Shown: one piece after another, positions 49,520 to 62,476 of the stretch
Position numbering within the stretch: position 1 is the first letter of the stretch
Layout of the letters: each line of letters begins with the position of its first letter
Assembly (NCBI RefSeq): GCF_000143415.4
Contig: NW_003314316.1
Location: 453,220 to 517,219 of the forward strand
From: Selaginella moellendorffii
Lineage: Eukaryota > Plantae > Lycopodiophyta
Direction: 5' to 3'
DNA: 64,000 nucleotides
Translations under genes and position numbers: made by a program
The notes under the pieces: model-generated
The model's input: only the letters and a program-made list of their open reading frames with translations
What the model was told of the DNA's origin: nothing
Databases searched by the model: none

Positions 49520-52469
49520 TCATCTGTGATTGTGCTTGAAGAACCGATGCAAAAGCCTGTGAGCCTCTCCAAATCCTCCTCTCACCACCACAAGGTGCTC
49601 TTTGATCCATTCCGGGAGCTTTGCTGCCGGCCCTCCCGTGGTTACGTAGCGTCCATCCAGCAAAAGTATGGCAGCGTAGTCTTTTGCATGCCTGATTGCT
49701 CGTCCTGTTTGTCACGCTCATTAGATCCCGCGAGAGGGAGTAGCGAGACGTCTTACCAATGGATTGGTTCACGGCCTTGATGCACAGGTTTTCGTAGTAG
49801 TCCCTGCCTCTGTGGCCACACTGCTGGAGCGTGAAGCCTGTTCGCTGCTGAGACGGGGGCGAAGAGGATTCTTTCCTGTTCTTGGTGTTGTTTAGCTCGT
49901 CGATGTACTTGATCTTCTCGAGGAGTTCCGGATCTCTTGAGCTTGGATACGGTAGCCCGACCATCACCACGCACCGTCCCATTCCATCGCTGAAGTTGAT
50001 GCCTTCGGACATCTTGCCACCCACGACTGACAGTAGCAAAGCACCACCACCTGTTGTTATGCTTGTCTTGTATTCCTGTAAAACTGCCTCCACTGCGGAC
50101 GCGTTTCGTGGCTCCCGGAAGATATTTTTCTTTTTGAGAATCGAGGAGAGGATGCCGCTCTTGTCCCAGCACTTGTGTACTTGAGACTCGTACTCGAACG
50201 ACGGGAAGAAAACAACGATTCCTTCGGGTACAATGACGGATATGTTTATCAATAGGCGTCCGAGCTCTTCAATCTGGAAGAAAGGTGTTGAGATGAAAGC
50301 AAAACGAGAGTAAGCAAAGGAGAGAAGTAACCATTTGTGGCGAGCTGCGAGACTGGTACGTGAAATCGAATGTCTTTCCTGACGGACCTTTAGCTATCGC
50401 CAAGGGCAGGATACTTTCTCCGGGAACAATATGTCCACACGAAAAGAAGTGCAAGCTTTCGTCTGGCACTTGAAAGAGCAAACGATCACGCAACTCGGCA
50501 ACGGGTTGAAGAGTTCCTCCGGCCAGAATAACTGTTCGTGCCTGCTGGACAACCTGAAACAAGCACTTAAGCTAAGAAGATTGAGATGTAGACGTACCTC
50601 AGAGAAATGTTTTGCTGCATCCAGCATAAGAAACTTAAACATGCACTCCCCATCCGAGCTTTCAACGATCAAAACGCGGCCATCACTTTGAGCCGTCGTC
50701 AGTGACACTAAGAAAGCAGCAAGAGGATGAAACCCGGCTGTGCTACTGGGCGTAAGCTCGTTTTGTTGCGAGAGATACTTGTCTCCATAGCCACTCACCT
50801 GAGACGAGAGAAACAGATTAAAATGGACACATCGCGAAACAACAACATAAAAAAAGCACCTTGTTGACGATGTTGCTCTCTTTGATATACCGACATAGCT
50901 TGAATAGATTGATGTTGTCAATCCCAAGGGAGAACACAAAGTCATTGATCGTTGTGATCGCTGCTGGAGTTTGAACATCTTGCACCCCTGGTTCTTTCTC
51001 TCGAGACCCGACTGACATTAAGCGTTCAAGGAGAGCCTGAACGAGGACAAGCAGCGTCTGAATATAGCGACGATTTGCGGGTGCCAGTCGAGTTCTAAAC
51101 CTTGAGAGATACTCTGATAGCTGCGAGCTGACTTGCCTAAGCTGCACACCACGACCATTTTCTTAGCAGGCTCCACAAGAAGTAATCCAGCATTTTCCGA
51201 TATAGAACCTGGAGTGTCGAGAGTTGAGAGCTGTAGGTGTTCGTGACGGTGTCTACCAGGTTGTGTGCCTCGTCGAAGATGACCACCGAGTCCTTCAAGT
51301 TGATTCCCAGTGACTCGCGAGTGGCAGCGTGAAGGAGGGACTGATACGGTAGCACCACGACTTGAGCCATCGGAAGTGAATTCCGAGAGCCATAATAGGG
51401 ACAGCTTCCAAGCTTCTGGCCGAGATGCACCAAGTCTTCAATGTCCATAGGCTGGGAAGCCACCACTGCTTCCTTGAATTGCTTTCGCTGACGCTGCTTC
51501 TTAAGAAAAGGACATGCCGAGGTTTTCGACTTGATCATTCTTTGGTCATCCACCTGAAAGAAGTTGTGATGAGAAACAAAGGAAGGAGAGTTCCGTGTAG
51601 ATACCTTTTGGCTCGACGACTTCTTTTTCTTTTGAAGATCTAGGCAGCGGTCATTGATCCTGGAAGCACTCCCTAGCTTGAGTACGTCTACGCAAGCCAG
51701 CCCCACGTCAAGAGCCAGCTAAAGAGAACCAGCCAAACCTTGGTTGACGCACAGAGTTTTTCGCGATCCGAGAGCGACGGTCTTCAAGGAGGTAGAAAAA
51801 CTCGTTCGTTTCAGCTCTCTGATAAACTGGGAGAGCTGCGAGTGTGTCCGGCTGCAAAAGAAGATTTTAAGCGGCACCGCTTCTACTTCGTCACCCTCTT
51901 CGTCTTCGTCACTGTCACTAGAATCGCTATAAGCACCACCTGGCTTTCGTTTCATGGTGGTGATACCACCACCGTCACTGCTGTAGTCTTCCAGCAAAAA
52001 CTCCTCATCGTCTTCGTCTTCCACAGCAGCCTGTAAAGATTTCGATTTCCTGTGTGAATCTCTCTGCCTTCTCTGCGGGGAAGAATCGTCCGGAGTGCCA
52101 AAGAAATCACCGCATTTCTTCTTCACCACTTTTGCCTTCGTGTCTACCGGCTTGTCTCGCTTTGTTGAGAATTCTTTCATCCACTCCGGCTCATCAGAAT
52201 CCTTGTCATCTCCTCCTCTGCTTGAATCACTACCTCTATCCTCCAGCCACTGGAGCACGCTGCAAATGAGGCTCAGAGTCTTCCCAGTCCCTGCGGCAAG
52301 AGACCTCTCCTCGCATTCGTTCCCCAAGCAGCAAAAGGAAGCCATTACCTGTAGGACTCTCGACGATCGCGACGCCGCCTTTCTCCAATGCGCCATAGAC
52401 CGCTCGCATCAGCTGGAGCTGGATCGCGTATGGCTGGAAGGGGAATGCCGGGAATTCTTCCCTCGCCAT
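49520..52469 (-). CDS. DDX11: DDX11/ChlR1 Fe-S DNA helicase
   Basis: [13 protein letters not shown]|[56 protein letters not shown]. Confidence 0.95.
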
Positions 52470-52619
52470 GGGAGCAAAAACCCTAGTTGGGTTTAAGAAA
52501 AAAAAGTTGACTTGACTGCAACGATTGACCCCATTTCATTTTCTGGATCATGAGTCGGAGAATATTCCTTCTTGGATAAACCCTAAAAATAGTCAAATGG
52601 TTGACTGGCCCTCGTTGAC

Positions 52620-53493
52620 TTAACTCCGTTCGCTTAAACCATGTCTAATGAGGCATTTTTTTGTTTCTTGCAAGGCACTACCACAAAGACAAGAGATACG
52701 TCAAGAGCAGAGAAAAAGAGAAGAAAGAGAAGAAAGAACAAGGATTACCTTCCAGCTCGAAGAACTTTAAAACTGGCTTCTGCCGTGAGGTCCACTATTG
52801 TCGATCCCGCTCGGCCAGCCGAGAGCTCCCCGGCATCGAAAACCGCGGCGCACTGGGGCCACAAGTGCTCGAATTCCTCCACGCAGATGCTGCTGGGCTT
52901 GCTGCTCGTGTTGGCGCTGGTGAGAGCGAGCGCTCCGTCGAAAGCTCTCGCAACCGAGCGTATGAAATCGCTGTCTGGAATCCGGATGCCAATGCTCAGC
53001 AATCCAGGATTCAGCGATTTCTCAAGCTCGCTCTTGTCACCTGTGATCAAAATCTATAAGTTTCTATCATCTCTCGCGCTAAAAGAGAGAGTTTGCTCTC
53101 GCCCACCTCGATTCAAGACGAGAGTCACGGGCCCCGGGAGCAAATCGTGCAGGAGAGCGTCTGGAAGATGATCGATTCGAGCGTATCTCTTCAAGTCGGG
53201 GACGTCGGCCACGCACACGGCCAGGGGACTGCCGGCATTGCGGCCCTTAATCTCGTAAATCCTCTCCAGGGCCACTCTAGAGCTGGAATTCGAGATGAAG
53301 AAAATGGAGGGAAATTCTTTACGAGAGAGAGGATTAGTTACCACGCATCCGCCGCCAGGCCATAGAGTGTATCGGTTGGGACGGAGATGACATCGCCATG
53401 GCGGAGCGCAGCTATGGCGTGCCTCACATTCTCCTGGGTCGCCGCCCAAATCTTCTCCGACACAAAGCTCCCCATTCACAACACACGTAAGCC
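52620..53493 (-). CDS. YrdC/Sua5 threonylcarbamoyl-AMP synthase (5' exon not located)
   Basis: PTDTLYGL, IYEIKGR..PLAVCV, LLPGPVTLVL, IGIRIPD, LALTSAN, GSTIVDL. Confidence 0.9.
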
Positions 53494-54248
53494 CTAAAAT
53501 TTCTAAAATGGGTTTAAAGCGACTGAGGTAATGAAAGGAGATTTTCTCAATTATCTTGAGAAAATTGATAATATTTTCAAGGGTTTATCTCAAGGTGATA
53601 AAACTTGCAAGAAGCAAGAAAAAATTACTTGTTTTAGCAGCTTAGCGTTTGTTCTCTATTGTGTATGTCTTAAAGTGTAGAGCGAATCAAACATTCTAGA
53701 AAAACATTGGAGCTCTTCTACAAAAGAGGCTTTGGTCGCTGTCTTTGTTTTTGTTGGTAGAGTATCGAAATTCAGCTGGAGAGGTTAGCAATCGTACTTT
53801 TCCTGATAGATCATGAACAAGAGAAGGCTTTTTGCCTTGTTTTTAATCGACCGGCAATCTTCAATGCTTTCAGGTTGAATTATGGAATTTTCACCCCCAA
53901 ATCAGCGTATGTAGTCATTCCCGAGCGCTTTGATTTCTCTTCATCTTCGGTGATTTTCTTAGTCTTCTTTCCAAAAGAAGATGTGACTGGAAGACAACGA
54001 GTTCCTAAATTGGAAAAGTCTGAATAATAATTGGTGTATTCTCAGAATTTTTACGATTTAAAAATGGATTCATCGAGCCGACTCCAACAAAAAAAGTCCC
54101 TGGATTTGTTCTTGAGTAGTGGCAAGTCTTACTGAAGACACGTCAAGAGCGAGAAAAAGGCGCCATATAAAGTTAAAACCAATACTGACCGTTGGTAGCA
54201 AGTTTAAACCGTGGCCGTCGATGCTAGGGCACCGATTTAAATTCTTTC

Positions 54249-55741
54249 ATGTTTAGGGCGACGCTACGACAGCTTCTTCCGCTCAGGTACTGGATCCAGG
54301 CCGCCTCGAGTTTCCAGCGATTCCGCTTCCCCCCGCGAGCGATCTCCAGCGGCGCGGTAGATATTCTAGTGGTGGAGCAGCCACAGGGCGGATTGAAATG
54401 CAGCCCCTGGCATGTCCGGTTTGGTCGATTCCAGGGCTTCTTGCGCAGGGAAGAGAGGATTGTGGGGATAGCAGTGAACGATGTGGATTCGGGGTTTCAT
54501 ATGTATTTGAATCGCAAAGGGCAGGTCCATTTCTTCAAGAACAGCGAGGAGGAGGAAGAAAGGAAAGTAGTGGGTGGTTTTGTGAGGAGCTTCTATCGGA
54601 GAAAGAGATGGTTTGTGAGGCGTAGGCTTGCAAGTTTGACACCGACATCGCAGCAGCTAGAATCGCTCAACTTGAAACAAGGCAGGAACAAGATCACTTT
54701 CACGTTTGCGACTCGCGTTCTTGGTAAGAGACAGGTACAAAGCCATGGTTTATTTTCTTCTTGGTGTTGTTCTTTCTTACGGAAGAATGCACAGGTTGAT
54801 GCTGGAATTTATTTGCTCCACTGGAGATCCAAGCTTGTGGTCTCGGATGTTGATGGAACAATCACAAAGTAAGGATTTTTCTGCGTTTGAAGTTTTGAGT
54901 TCGCGAGTTTGTCTTGCTGCAGGTCGGATGTTCTTGGCCAATTCATGCCTTGGATCGGCCGAGACTGGTCACAAGCTGGAGTGACACCACTTTTCTCTGC
55001 GATTAAGGTTTCTCTTTTTATGATTCGATTGAATTTTACGTTTATTTATTTATTTATTTTCGACCAGGACAATGGATATAAACTTATATTCCTCAGTTCG
55101 AGAGCAATTACACAATCTTCCAGTACTCGCAAGTTCTTGACAGATCTAGAACAAGTAACTTAATCGAGTTTTCTGGTTGATAAAATCTCTCACCTCTTTG
55201 ATCTTGAAAACACAGAATGGTGTGAAGCTTCCTGATGGACCTATCGTCATATCTCCGGATGGAATTTTTCCATCCTTGTATAGGGAAGGTCAGTGGATTG
55301 CCTCGATTGTTTCTTAAACTCAAGCGTGCTTTTCTCTCTCCTTGCAGTGGTGCGACGACTTCCGCAAGAATTCAAGATCGCGTGCTTGCAGGTAAATTAG
55401 TTGAGCTCTTTGATCGTTGGTTTTGAAACGCTTCACCAGGAAATCAGATATCTTTTCCCTCGGGATTGCAATCCATTCTATGCGGGGTTTGGGAACCGCG
55501 ACACTGATGTGATAACCTACCTCGAAGTTGGAATTCCTAAAGACAGGATCTTTACTATCAATCCAAAGGTACTTTCAATCGTCTTTTTTTTTTTTTCGTT
55601 TCGTTTTTCTCGTGGATGGATCAATCAAGTTTGATGTTTTGGAAGCAGGGCGAGCTTATTGCGAGCACTGCAGTGAACGTTAAGTGCTACTTATCTCTGC
55701 ACAAGCTCGTTAACGAAATGTTTCCTGGCATTTGTGAATAA
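54249..55741 (+). CDS. Compact lipin/PAH phosphatidate phosphatase
   Basis: [20 protein letters not shown]; [29 protein letters not shown]. Confidence 0.92.
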
Positions 55742-55859
55742 ACAGAAGCAAAGCAGTGCTTATATACTTACTATCCTCCCCTGCTAGCTATGGAAGATCT
55801 ACATTCGCACAAAGTATCAAACACGGGTACCATCGACGTCAGAAATCCTTGTGCAGTTT

Positions 55860-56832
55860 TTAAGCTCCAGTGTAGTAACGCGTTTCCTGCATCAAGAGCA
55901 AAGATCTGAGAACGAAGTAGAGCAGAAAAAATGCGTTATACTTTTGTAGATTTGGCCTGGCTCGCAAAATATCGCCAGGCTGTGGCTCATCCACTGTCAA
56001 TGGATCAATCTTCTTCTGGAAGAACGAAAACCAAAATTTAAGATCACGAAACAATGCGTGAACTTACTTTTTGCTTCACCAGCTTGAACTCGGCAGGGAG
56101 CTCCTCGTTCGGATAAAGCTGCGAGGAGAAGTAAATTCTCCGGATCCGACAATTCGCATGGACTTGCACTCGGAGAGCTTCCACATATTTCGTACCATAA
56201 GCACGCCGGGTATAGTCTGCCAAGTTAAACTCAATCTGGTTCCATCCCGGTTGCAATCTCACAGGCGTAGAACATATCAATGGTCTCACCCTCGAGTTGG
56301 ACTGTGCAAAGCACGCGTTAGACAGAACAGAAAGAGAATTTTTAACTGATCGCTGAATACCTCAAAGTTAGAGACCCGGAGATACCGCATCTCGTTGACA
56401 CTGTCAAGTATCAACACCTCGAATCCAAAGTACGTCCCCAGGTTCTTGACAATCATCACCAAGTGGTGGTGCTTGATTCCCAGGGACAGCTTCGGATCCG
56501 ATGGACAAGTGATAGAGTTCTTCTTGACATTCTGGCCGATGATCTCAATCGTGTTCAGCTCGCAGTCCTCGTCCACAACTCTCTTGATGTGTCCATTCTC
56601 CACTGCTCAGGACGAGAATGTATGGGTACAGTGGATCCAGAAGCCAAGAATAAGAGCTACGATACCTTCGTGCCTCCATATGTAGAGTGGCTTGAGCCTG
56701 CAAGACTAACGAAGAAAAGAAAGCACCAAAGTATCAGCAAAACGCCCAAAAAGGATTGGATCAAACTCAGTATACTGACCAGTCACTGTAAAGCAGCGTC
56801 AAAAACGCGTACTGGGGAGTGTTCTTGAACAT
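55860..56832 (-). CDS. CFAP20/BUG22 family protein, divergent
   Basis: [61 protein letters not shown]. Confidence 0.9.
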
Positions 56833-57037
56833 GGCTGCTGCTGCTGCTGCTGCCGGGAGGAAGACGAAGTCATGTGAAAGGCAGTTAGGATTCCACGTGG
56901 ATCGATTCTTCGGCCGTCCGATCTCATTCCTTATCAGTTTCTATGAAAATTCGGATGAATCGACAAAAAAAAGAAAATGAAGAGACGATTAGATCAAACT
57001 CTCAAGAATGTGTGTTACCTATGCTTTCTTTCTCTCT

Positions 57038-58612
57038 CTATTTTTTGTCTCCGAGAGCCTTCTCAATGTCTGCAAAGGAAACGGTTCCGGAGCCTCTTCT
57101 TGCGGGTTTTTGTTGAGAGGAATGTGGACTCCATCCTCCCATGTAAATAACCTGTTTGTTCATAAAGTTAGTGAAGGGAAAAGGAACTTTAAACACACCT
57201 GAAAAGTCGCGGGGATTGATCCATCTTCCTCTCGAAACATGGACTCGTAAATGGCGGCCGCAGCCAACGCAGTGTCTCGCTTCAAGATCTGTGAGCACGC
57301 AGTTTGCACAGGTTCAGAAAAGAAATATAAAGTCCAGCTTTGCTGACGTACCGGGTTTCGCTGAAGCAGGCAGTTCATCTCACCCATTTGTCGGATGTGA
57401 TCGATTAAGTCCATAGCTGAGAGGTAGCATATTAAGAGGCGATCGCATAAAAAAAGGTGGAAGATTTACTGACCACTAGAATATTTCATAACGTAGTCCT
57501 GGATGTCCACAGCTGGAATTGCAAAGCCTGCCCGTGTTAAGAGATTGCCAGCATCACTGACCTGATGATCAGCACTGCCAGGTTTAATCGGAAAAACTTG
57601 TCTAGCAAGCTTACACGAGAGAATGGAGAAACTCGTGGACTGATTCCACCTTCTCTTTCCAGCTGAGCCAAATGACACGAGATTCTGAGCTCTCTGCGTC
57701 GAAGAAACAGTCCGGTGTGAAATTAAAAACGAGAAAGAGAACGCACCGGAGAGTGTCTCCGCCAAAGATTGATGCCAGAAAGAAGCCGTCCGGTTTCAAG
57801 GCTTGTCGAAACTGCAGCAAAGATTTCCATCATCACACATGGAAATCTTCCTAGAAAAATGAAAGCAAGCTTTTCACTTACCTGTGTCATTGCACCAGGA
57901 ACGTTGTTTACCCAATGTAGTCCCAAGCAAGAAACAACCAAGTCCAGGGAGCTTAAAAGCCATGAAGTTAGTTCAACTCTTCGTTTTCACGCAAAAGGTA
58001 CCCTGGTTTGATGGGAAGAAACTCCTCGTCGGCAACGAGATGGACGCACTCCATTTCAGAGGCGCTTGATTCCGCGCATTTGTTCAGCATTGGGAGTGAT
58101 AGATCCATCATGAAAAGTTTCTCCACGCCGCCTGTATAGATCGGTCTTTGCCATGAGCCAAGCTTTCACGAAAGCAAGGAAAGAAAATTACCTCTTCCTT
58201 TGAGAAGTTTTTGGACGTAGTCCAGAGCTCCACCTACATTGAGAGCAACTGGAAATTGTCGCTTACAATCCTGGAAGCACGCAAAAATCTAAGAAAAAAG
58301 AAGAACAAAGAAAGAAAAGATCGATGTGTGATTGTTACCAGGAGCCGATCGAGAAGAGTCTCAGTGACGGATTCCATCAAAGAATTATCATCCGCGCGCA
58401 GCACCGCTGCCCTGTCCCTCTGGAAATAGGAGGAGAGAAATATTTCCCAAAGAGAAGAGAAGAGGTTCTAGCTCTCTAAGTACCTGGCTGCGCTTAAGCT
58501 TGCGATCGAAGATATTCATGGGCGCCTCGCCTGGATCTTGCGACGCCATCGCCAGAGCTCGCCGCCATTCTCTCAGCGCCTGCCGCCGCGACGACGCCAT
58601 CGCCATCGCCAT
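57038..58612 (-). CDS. NDUFAF5: NDUFAF5-like mitochondrial methyltransferase-fold complex I assembly factor
   Basis: [68 protein letters not shown]. Confidence 0.9.
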
Positions 58613-58687
58613 GGAGACCAAATTCCCGCGATGGAGAGAATATACCCTCTTCCCAGAGGCTAGGGTTTTTCATCCATCAGGCACAAA

Positions 58688-59799
58688 ATGGGAAATTTGT
58701 TCGTGAAGAAGCCTCGCGTCACGGATGTGGATCGGGCGATTCTCACGCTCAAGACGCAGCGGCGGCGCCTCGCGCAGTATCAGCAGCAGGTTAGCGAGCA
58801 ACCGCGGTGGAACTTTTCTTCTCTCGCGATCGCGCATTTTGCTCACCCATTCGTCGCGTTTTCTAGGTCGAGATTGTGATCCAGAAGGAGCAGGATGCCG
58901 CGCGGCAGCTGGTTCGAGAGAAGAGGAAGGATCGAGCGTTGCTAGCTCTGAAGAAGAAGAAGGCGCAAGAAGAGCTTCTCAAGCAAGTGGATGTTTGGCT
59001 TGTAAATGTCGAACAACAGGTAGAATTCGATCGAACTCTGGTATTGTCCATTGCTCACGATTGGAATATTTTTTTTTTCACTTGACTTGCAGCTAGCAGA
59101 TATCGAGATCGCTGCCAAGCAAAAGGCTGTTTTTGAGAGTCTAAAAGCTGGCACCCAAGCGATCAAAGACCTCCAAAGCGAGATCAACATCGATGACGTC
59201 CAAAAGCTCATGGATGACACAGCGGAAGCCAAGGCTTACCAAGACGTGACGCTTCTATCCAATCTCTTTCTTTGCATGAATTCACAGAGCTTTTTGCGCT
59301 TGTGTTGCAGGAAATCGATGCCGTGCTGGGACAGAAGCTCTCAACAGAAGACAACGAGGAAGTTCTAGCTGAACTTGCCGAGATGGAAGTGAAGGTATTA
59401 CTCAACTCAATACTCCTCGCTCTCTCGTTTACTCGAAAGTTTCTTCTTTTTGTAGATGGCTCTGGAGGACATGCCCGCCGTTCCAGACGTCCCGATGACG
59501 GACAGACCCGAAGCAGCGGAGCCAGCTAAAGTTCCAGTTGCCGAGCAAGCCGAGACACGATACTCCGACATCGAGGCAGTGATGGGAAGCAGGCAGAAGA
59601 AACCCGTAGAGGACGACGATGTAGATATGCTCGATCTTCCAGAAGTTCCCAGCACAATACAGAGAAGGAAAAAAGAAGCGGCCAAGGGTAAGTGCTTCCA
59701 TCCATCTCAGAGGATTGAAACCGTGTTCTTATCACCTCTTTTTCTTTTTTCGTTTTGTTCTTCCTTTTGGCAGCGCGTGTGGATCCATTGGTAGCATAA
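58688..59799 (+). CDS. VPS20: ESCRT-III subunit VPS20 (CHMP6)
   Basis: [26 protein letters not shown]; Snf7 domain; C-terminal LPEVPS. Confidence 0.93.
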
Positions 59800-60412
59800 G
59801 AACAGTAGGTGAGGCTCACGCCATTTTCTATGTTTGATTCTAACGGTTTGATTGGTTTGTAGATTTTATTAGGCGGCCACTGTTCCTGGCACCAAAAGCA
59901 GCCATTACGCGATTGTCTGTATTAACTTCTCTAGATTTAGCGGCATTTTGCCGCTTTCTTTTCCTTCTTGATTGATTGACATTTGCCGCGGTACTTTGAT
60001 GTTGGTTAGGTGCTCTCCTGATCATGACGTGTTTTTCTTCAGCCAGGTAAAACTAGTTTAACTGCAAATCTCTAATACCGTTTTTTCTTAATCTGTTTTC
60101 TAGATAGCTGGACTGGACGGGTGATTTATTCAAAGCCAAAGACGACAATCACGCAATGCGGGCAGCGGAGAGATTGATGAAGCGGCCGGGATTTTTCCCT
60201 TTCACTCCATGAAGAAAGTAAAGTAGAAGAAAGCTCGGTGATTTCTAGTAAAACCATGCTTATAAGCCGATGGGTCGTGTGCAGGCCATGCATGGAGGAA
60301 GAGATGGCGATTAAAAAGGTGAGCCAACCCTGTGGTTGGTGCTAGCCGCCCTATTGGAAAAAGGAGGTGGTGGTGGTGGTGGCTTCTCTCTTTTAGGGGA
60401 AGAGGGAAGGCG

Positions 60413-61639
60413 ATGAGGCTCGAGGAGCCAAGGAGGCGGCGGCGGTGGTCCGGCGAGGACTGGGCGGTTCTCCCGTCGGAGCTCCTCGATCTCATCCTCC
60501 TCCGCCTCCCGCTGCTGGCCATCGTCCGAGCACGCAGCGTCTGCAAGAGCTGGAACGACGCCATCCAATCGCCGGGCTTTGCTCACAGGAAAGCGCTGCT
60601 GGATCACGAGCTGGGCTGTGTCCCAAAAGGCTGGCTCGTCACTCTCATCGGGCGGTACAAGAAGAAATGGGTGTGGCTGTATGATCCGCGCTCGGGGCTT
60701 CGCCACCAGATCACGCTCCCGGCCTCGCTCAAGGGGACCTTTTACGAGGCGGTGGTCGTGGGTGGATTCATCTTCATCGAGGCCGGCTGCGTCAACTGCG
60801 ATGACAACTTTTCGTCGAGGTACCTGGCCTGGAACCCGATCACCGGCTTCGTCAAGGAGCTCTTCGTCCCCCAGGCCGGCTGCCTCGCGGTGGTGTCCAC
60901 GAACCGCAGCCTCAAAGTCTACTCGCTCAAACCCAGCGGCGGTGGTGAAGAGAGCAAGAAGATCTTGTCCGGCCTGGCGGGGTCGTGGCACAGGGTCGCC
61001 TTCCTCACTTACCGGAACCAGTTCTTCTTCGGTACGTACAGCAACGGGCTTGTCTACAGCACTAAGGCCTTCCGTGACAGGACGCTCACGGCACAGGACA
61101 TGATCACTTTCAAAATCTCGGGAGTGGAGCTTCCGCCGCAGCTGGAGAGGAAGTGCCGGTGGGGGCTCAAGCTTCTCAACTCGGAGGGGAGCTTGCTGCT
61201 GCTGGTGGCATGCACGCCGCTGAGGCGCGATGGGAATCGAATGCAAGTGTGGAGGCTCATCGATGGCGCTCCTCCGGGGGCGAGGTGGGAGTTTATCAGT
61301 GCGATGCCGGAGGAGTTTTACGAGCTGGTGTTCCGGGGCAAGGTGACGCAGCACAACTGGAGGTGCGCGGCGGTGGATCACCTGGTGTACGTCTCGAGCT
61401 CGCACCGCCGGGTGGAGCAGCAGGAAGGAGTGGTGGTGCTGGACTTGAGGACTTCCAGGTGGAGCAAGGTGGAGCCGGTTCACCACGAGAGGCAGCATTG
61501 CCCGTGGTCGGCTCCCGCTGCGTTTTATCCCTCGTTCGCTTCGCTGGACGACTCGGCCATGCCTCCGCAGCCAAAGTTCTCACCGGAAGACGTTGGGACA
61601 AGCCAGCCGAGGCCGGCGTTTCTTCGATCAATGGTGTGA
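60413..61639 (+). CDS. Intronless F-box protein with beta-propeller-like C-terminus
   Basis: WAVLPSELLDLILLRLPLLAIVRARSVCKSWN; LYDP and AWNPIT motifs. Confidence 0.88.
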   Translation: MRLEEPRRRRRWSGEDWAVLPSELLDLILLRLPLLAIVRARSVCKSWNDAIQSPGFAHRKALLDHELGCVPKGWLVTLIGRYKKKWVWLYDPRSGLRHQITLPASLKGTFYEAVVVGGFIFIEAGCVNCDDNFSSRYLAWNPITGFVKELFVPQAGCLAVVSTNRSLKVYSLKPSGGGEESKKILSGLAGSWHRVAFLTYRNQFFFGTYSNGLVYSTKAFRDRTLTAQDMITFKISGVELPPQLERKCRWGLKLLNSEGSLLLLVACTPLRRDGNRMQVWRLIDGAPPGARWEFISAMPEEFYELVFRGKVTQHNWRCAAVDHLVYVSSSHRRVEQQEGVVVLDLRTSRWSKVEPVHHERQHCPWSAPAAFYPSFASLDDSAMPPQPKFSPEDVGTSQPRPAFLRSMV

Positions 61640-61774
61640 GGTCTGTGGAGATTTGGAAGGGAGATTGGAGCTCTGACTGTGTTTTTTGCTTTCCTTTGCA
61701 AGGCGATAAGAAGAAGAAAAAAGAGTACACAAGTCTTATCCTGCGAGTTGGAGGTAACCAAATCGGTTTTGCTT

Positions 61775-62476
61775 CTAACTGTAATGCTGCTTTGGCCAGA
61801 TGAACCGACTGCCTTTCATGTCCAAGTGCTCGTTCTCCGTTGCGTCAATCGGGTCTTGATCGTCCTCGCCGTGATTCACTTTATTTTGCGACCACTGCAA
61901 AGATGTCAGTTCAGTCCACCCTTTTCTTTCCGGAAATTTTTTTCATTCCTCTCGGTTCGCGTTTTGTTTACCATTTCCACGAGTACTTTGTACTTGAGGT
62001 CCATCAAGTTTAGCTTCTCCTTGAGGTTCTTCATCTCCTGTTCTTGCCTGGCGTACTTGATGATCTCCCTCTCCTGTTTGATCGTTAACAGTTTACTATC
62101 CATTTCGAGTCGAGTGGGTTTACCAGTGAGACTTTCTCCTTCCGGAGCCGTAGAACTTCCTCGTGCATTTTTCCCGCGGCGGGCTCACTCACTGGAGAAA
62201 CAGGAAGAGATTCAGCGCAAGAAGCAAAACGAGAATCGATTTTTTCCTCCGACCTGGACACCAGTGGCCGTGAGAATTGCACTGGAACTGCTGGCTGTTG
62301 AGATTGATCGTAATCGGCTCGAGAGTGGTGTCCAGTTTCTTGACATTCATCACCTCGCTTGGAATTTGCTGCTGCTGTGGCGAGGAAACTCTTTTTCTCA
62401 TCAAATCTCTGCACAAAAAATGTAAGAACCAGAGAATCAAATCTATTATGAATGAATGTTACTTGAAGAACCCCAT
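61775..62476 (-). CDS. Chibby-like basal-body coiled-coil protein, 5 exons (predicted)
   Basis: MGFFK|..PITINLNSQQFQCNSHGHW..EVLRLRKEK..NLKEKLNLMDLKYKVLVEM resembles the Chibby pattern from memory (PTMNL.GQ.L.F.NGQW; EENNLLRLKVDILLDM). Confidence 0.6.

Noticed and set aside
60311-61498. 395-aa antisense ORF
   Set aside because: Shadow of the GC-rich F-box CDS. The same applies to the antisense ORFs over the G3P transporter, TPK and dehydrin.
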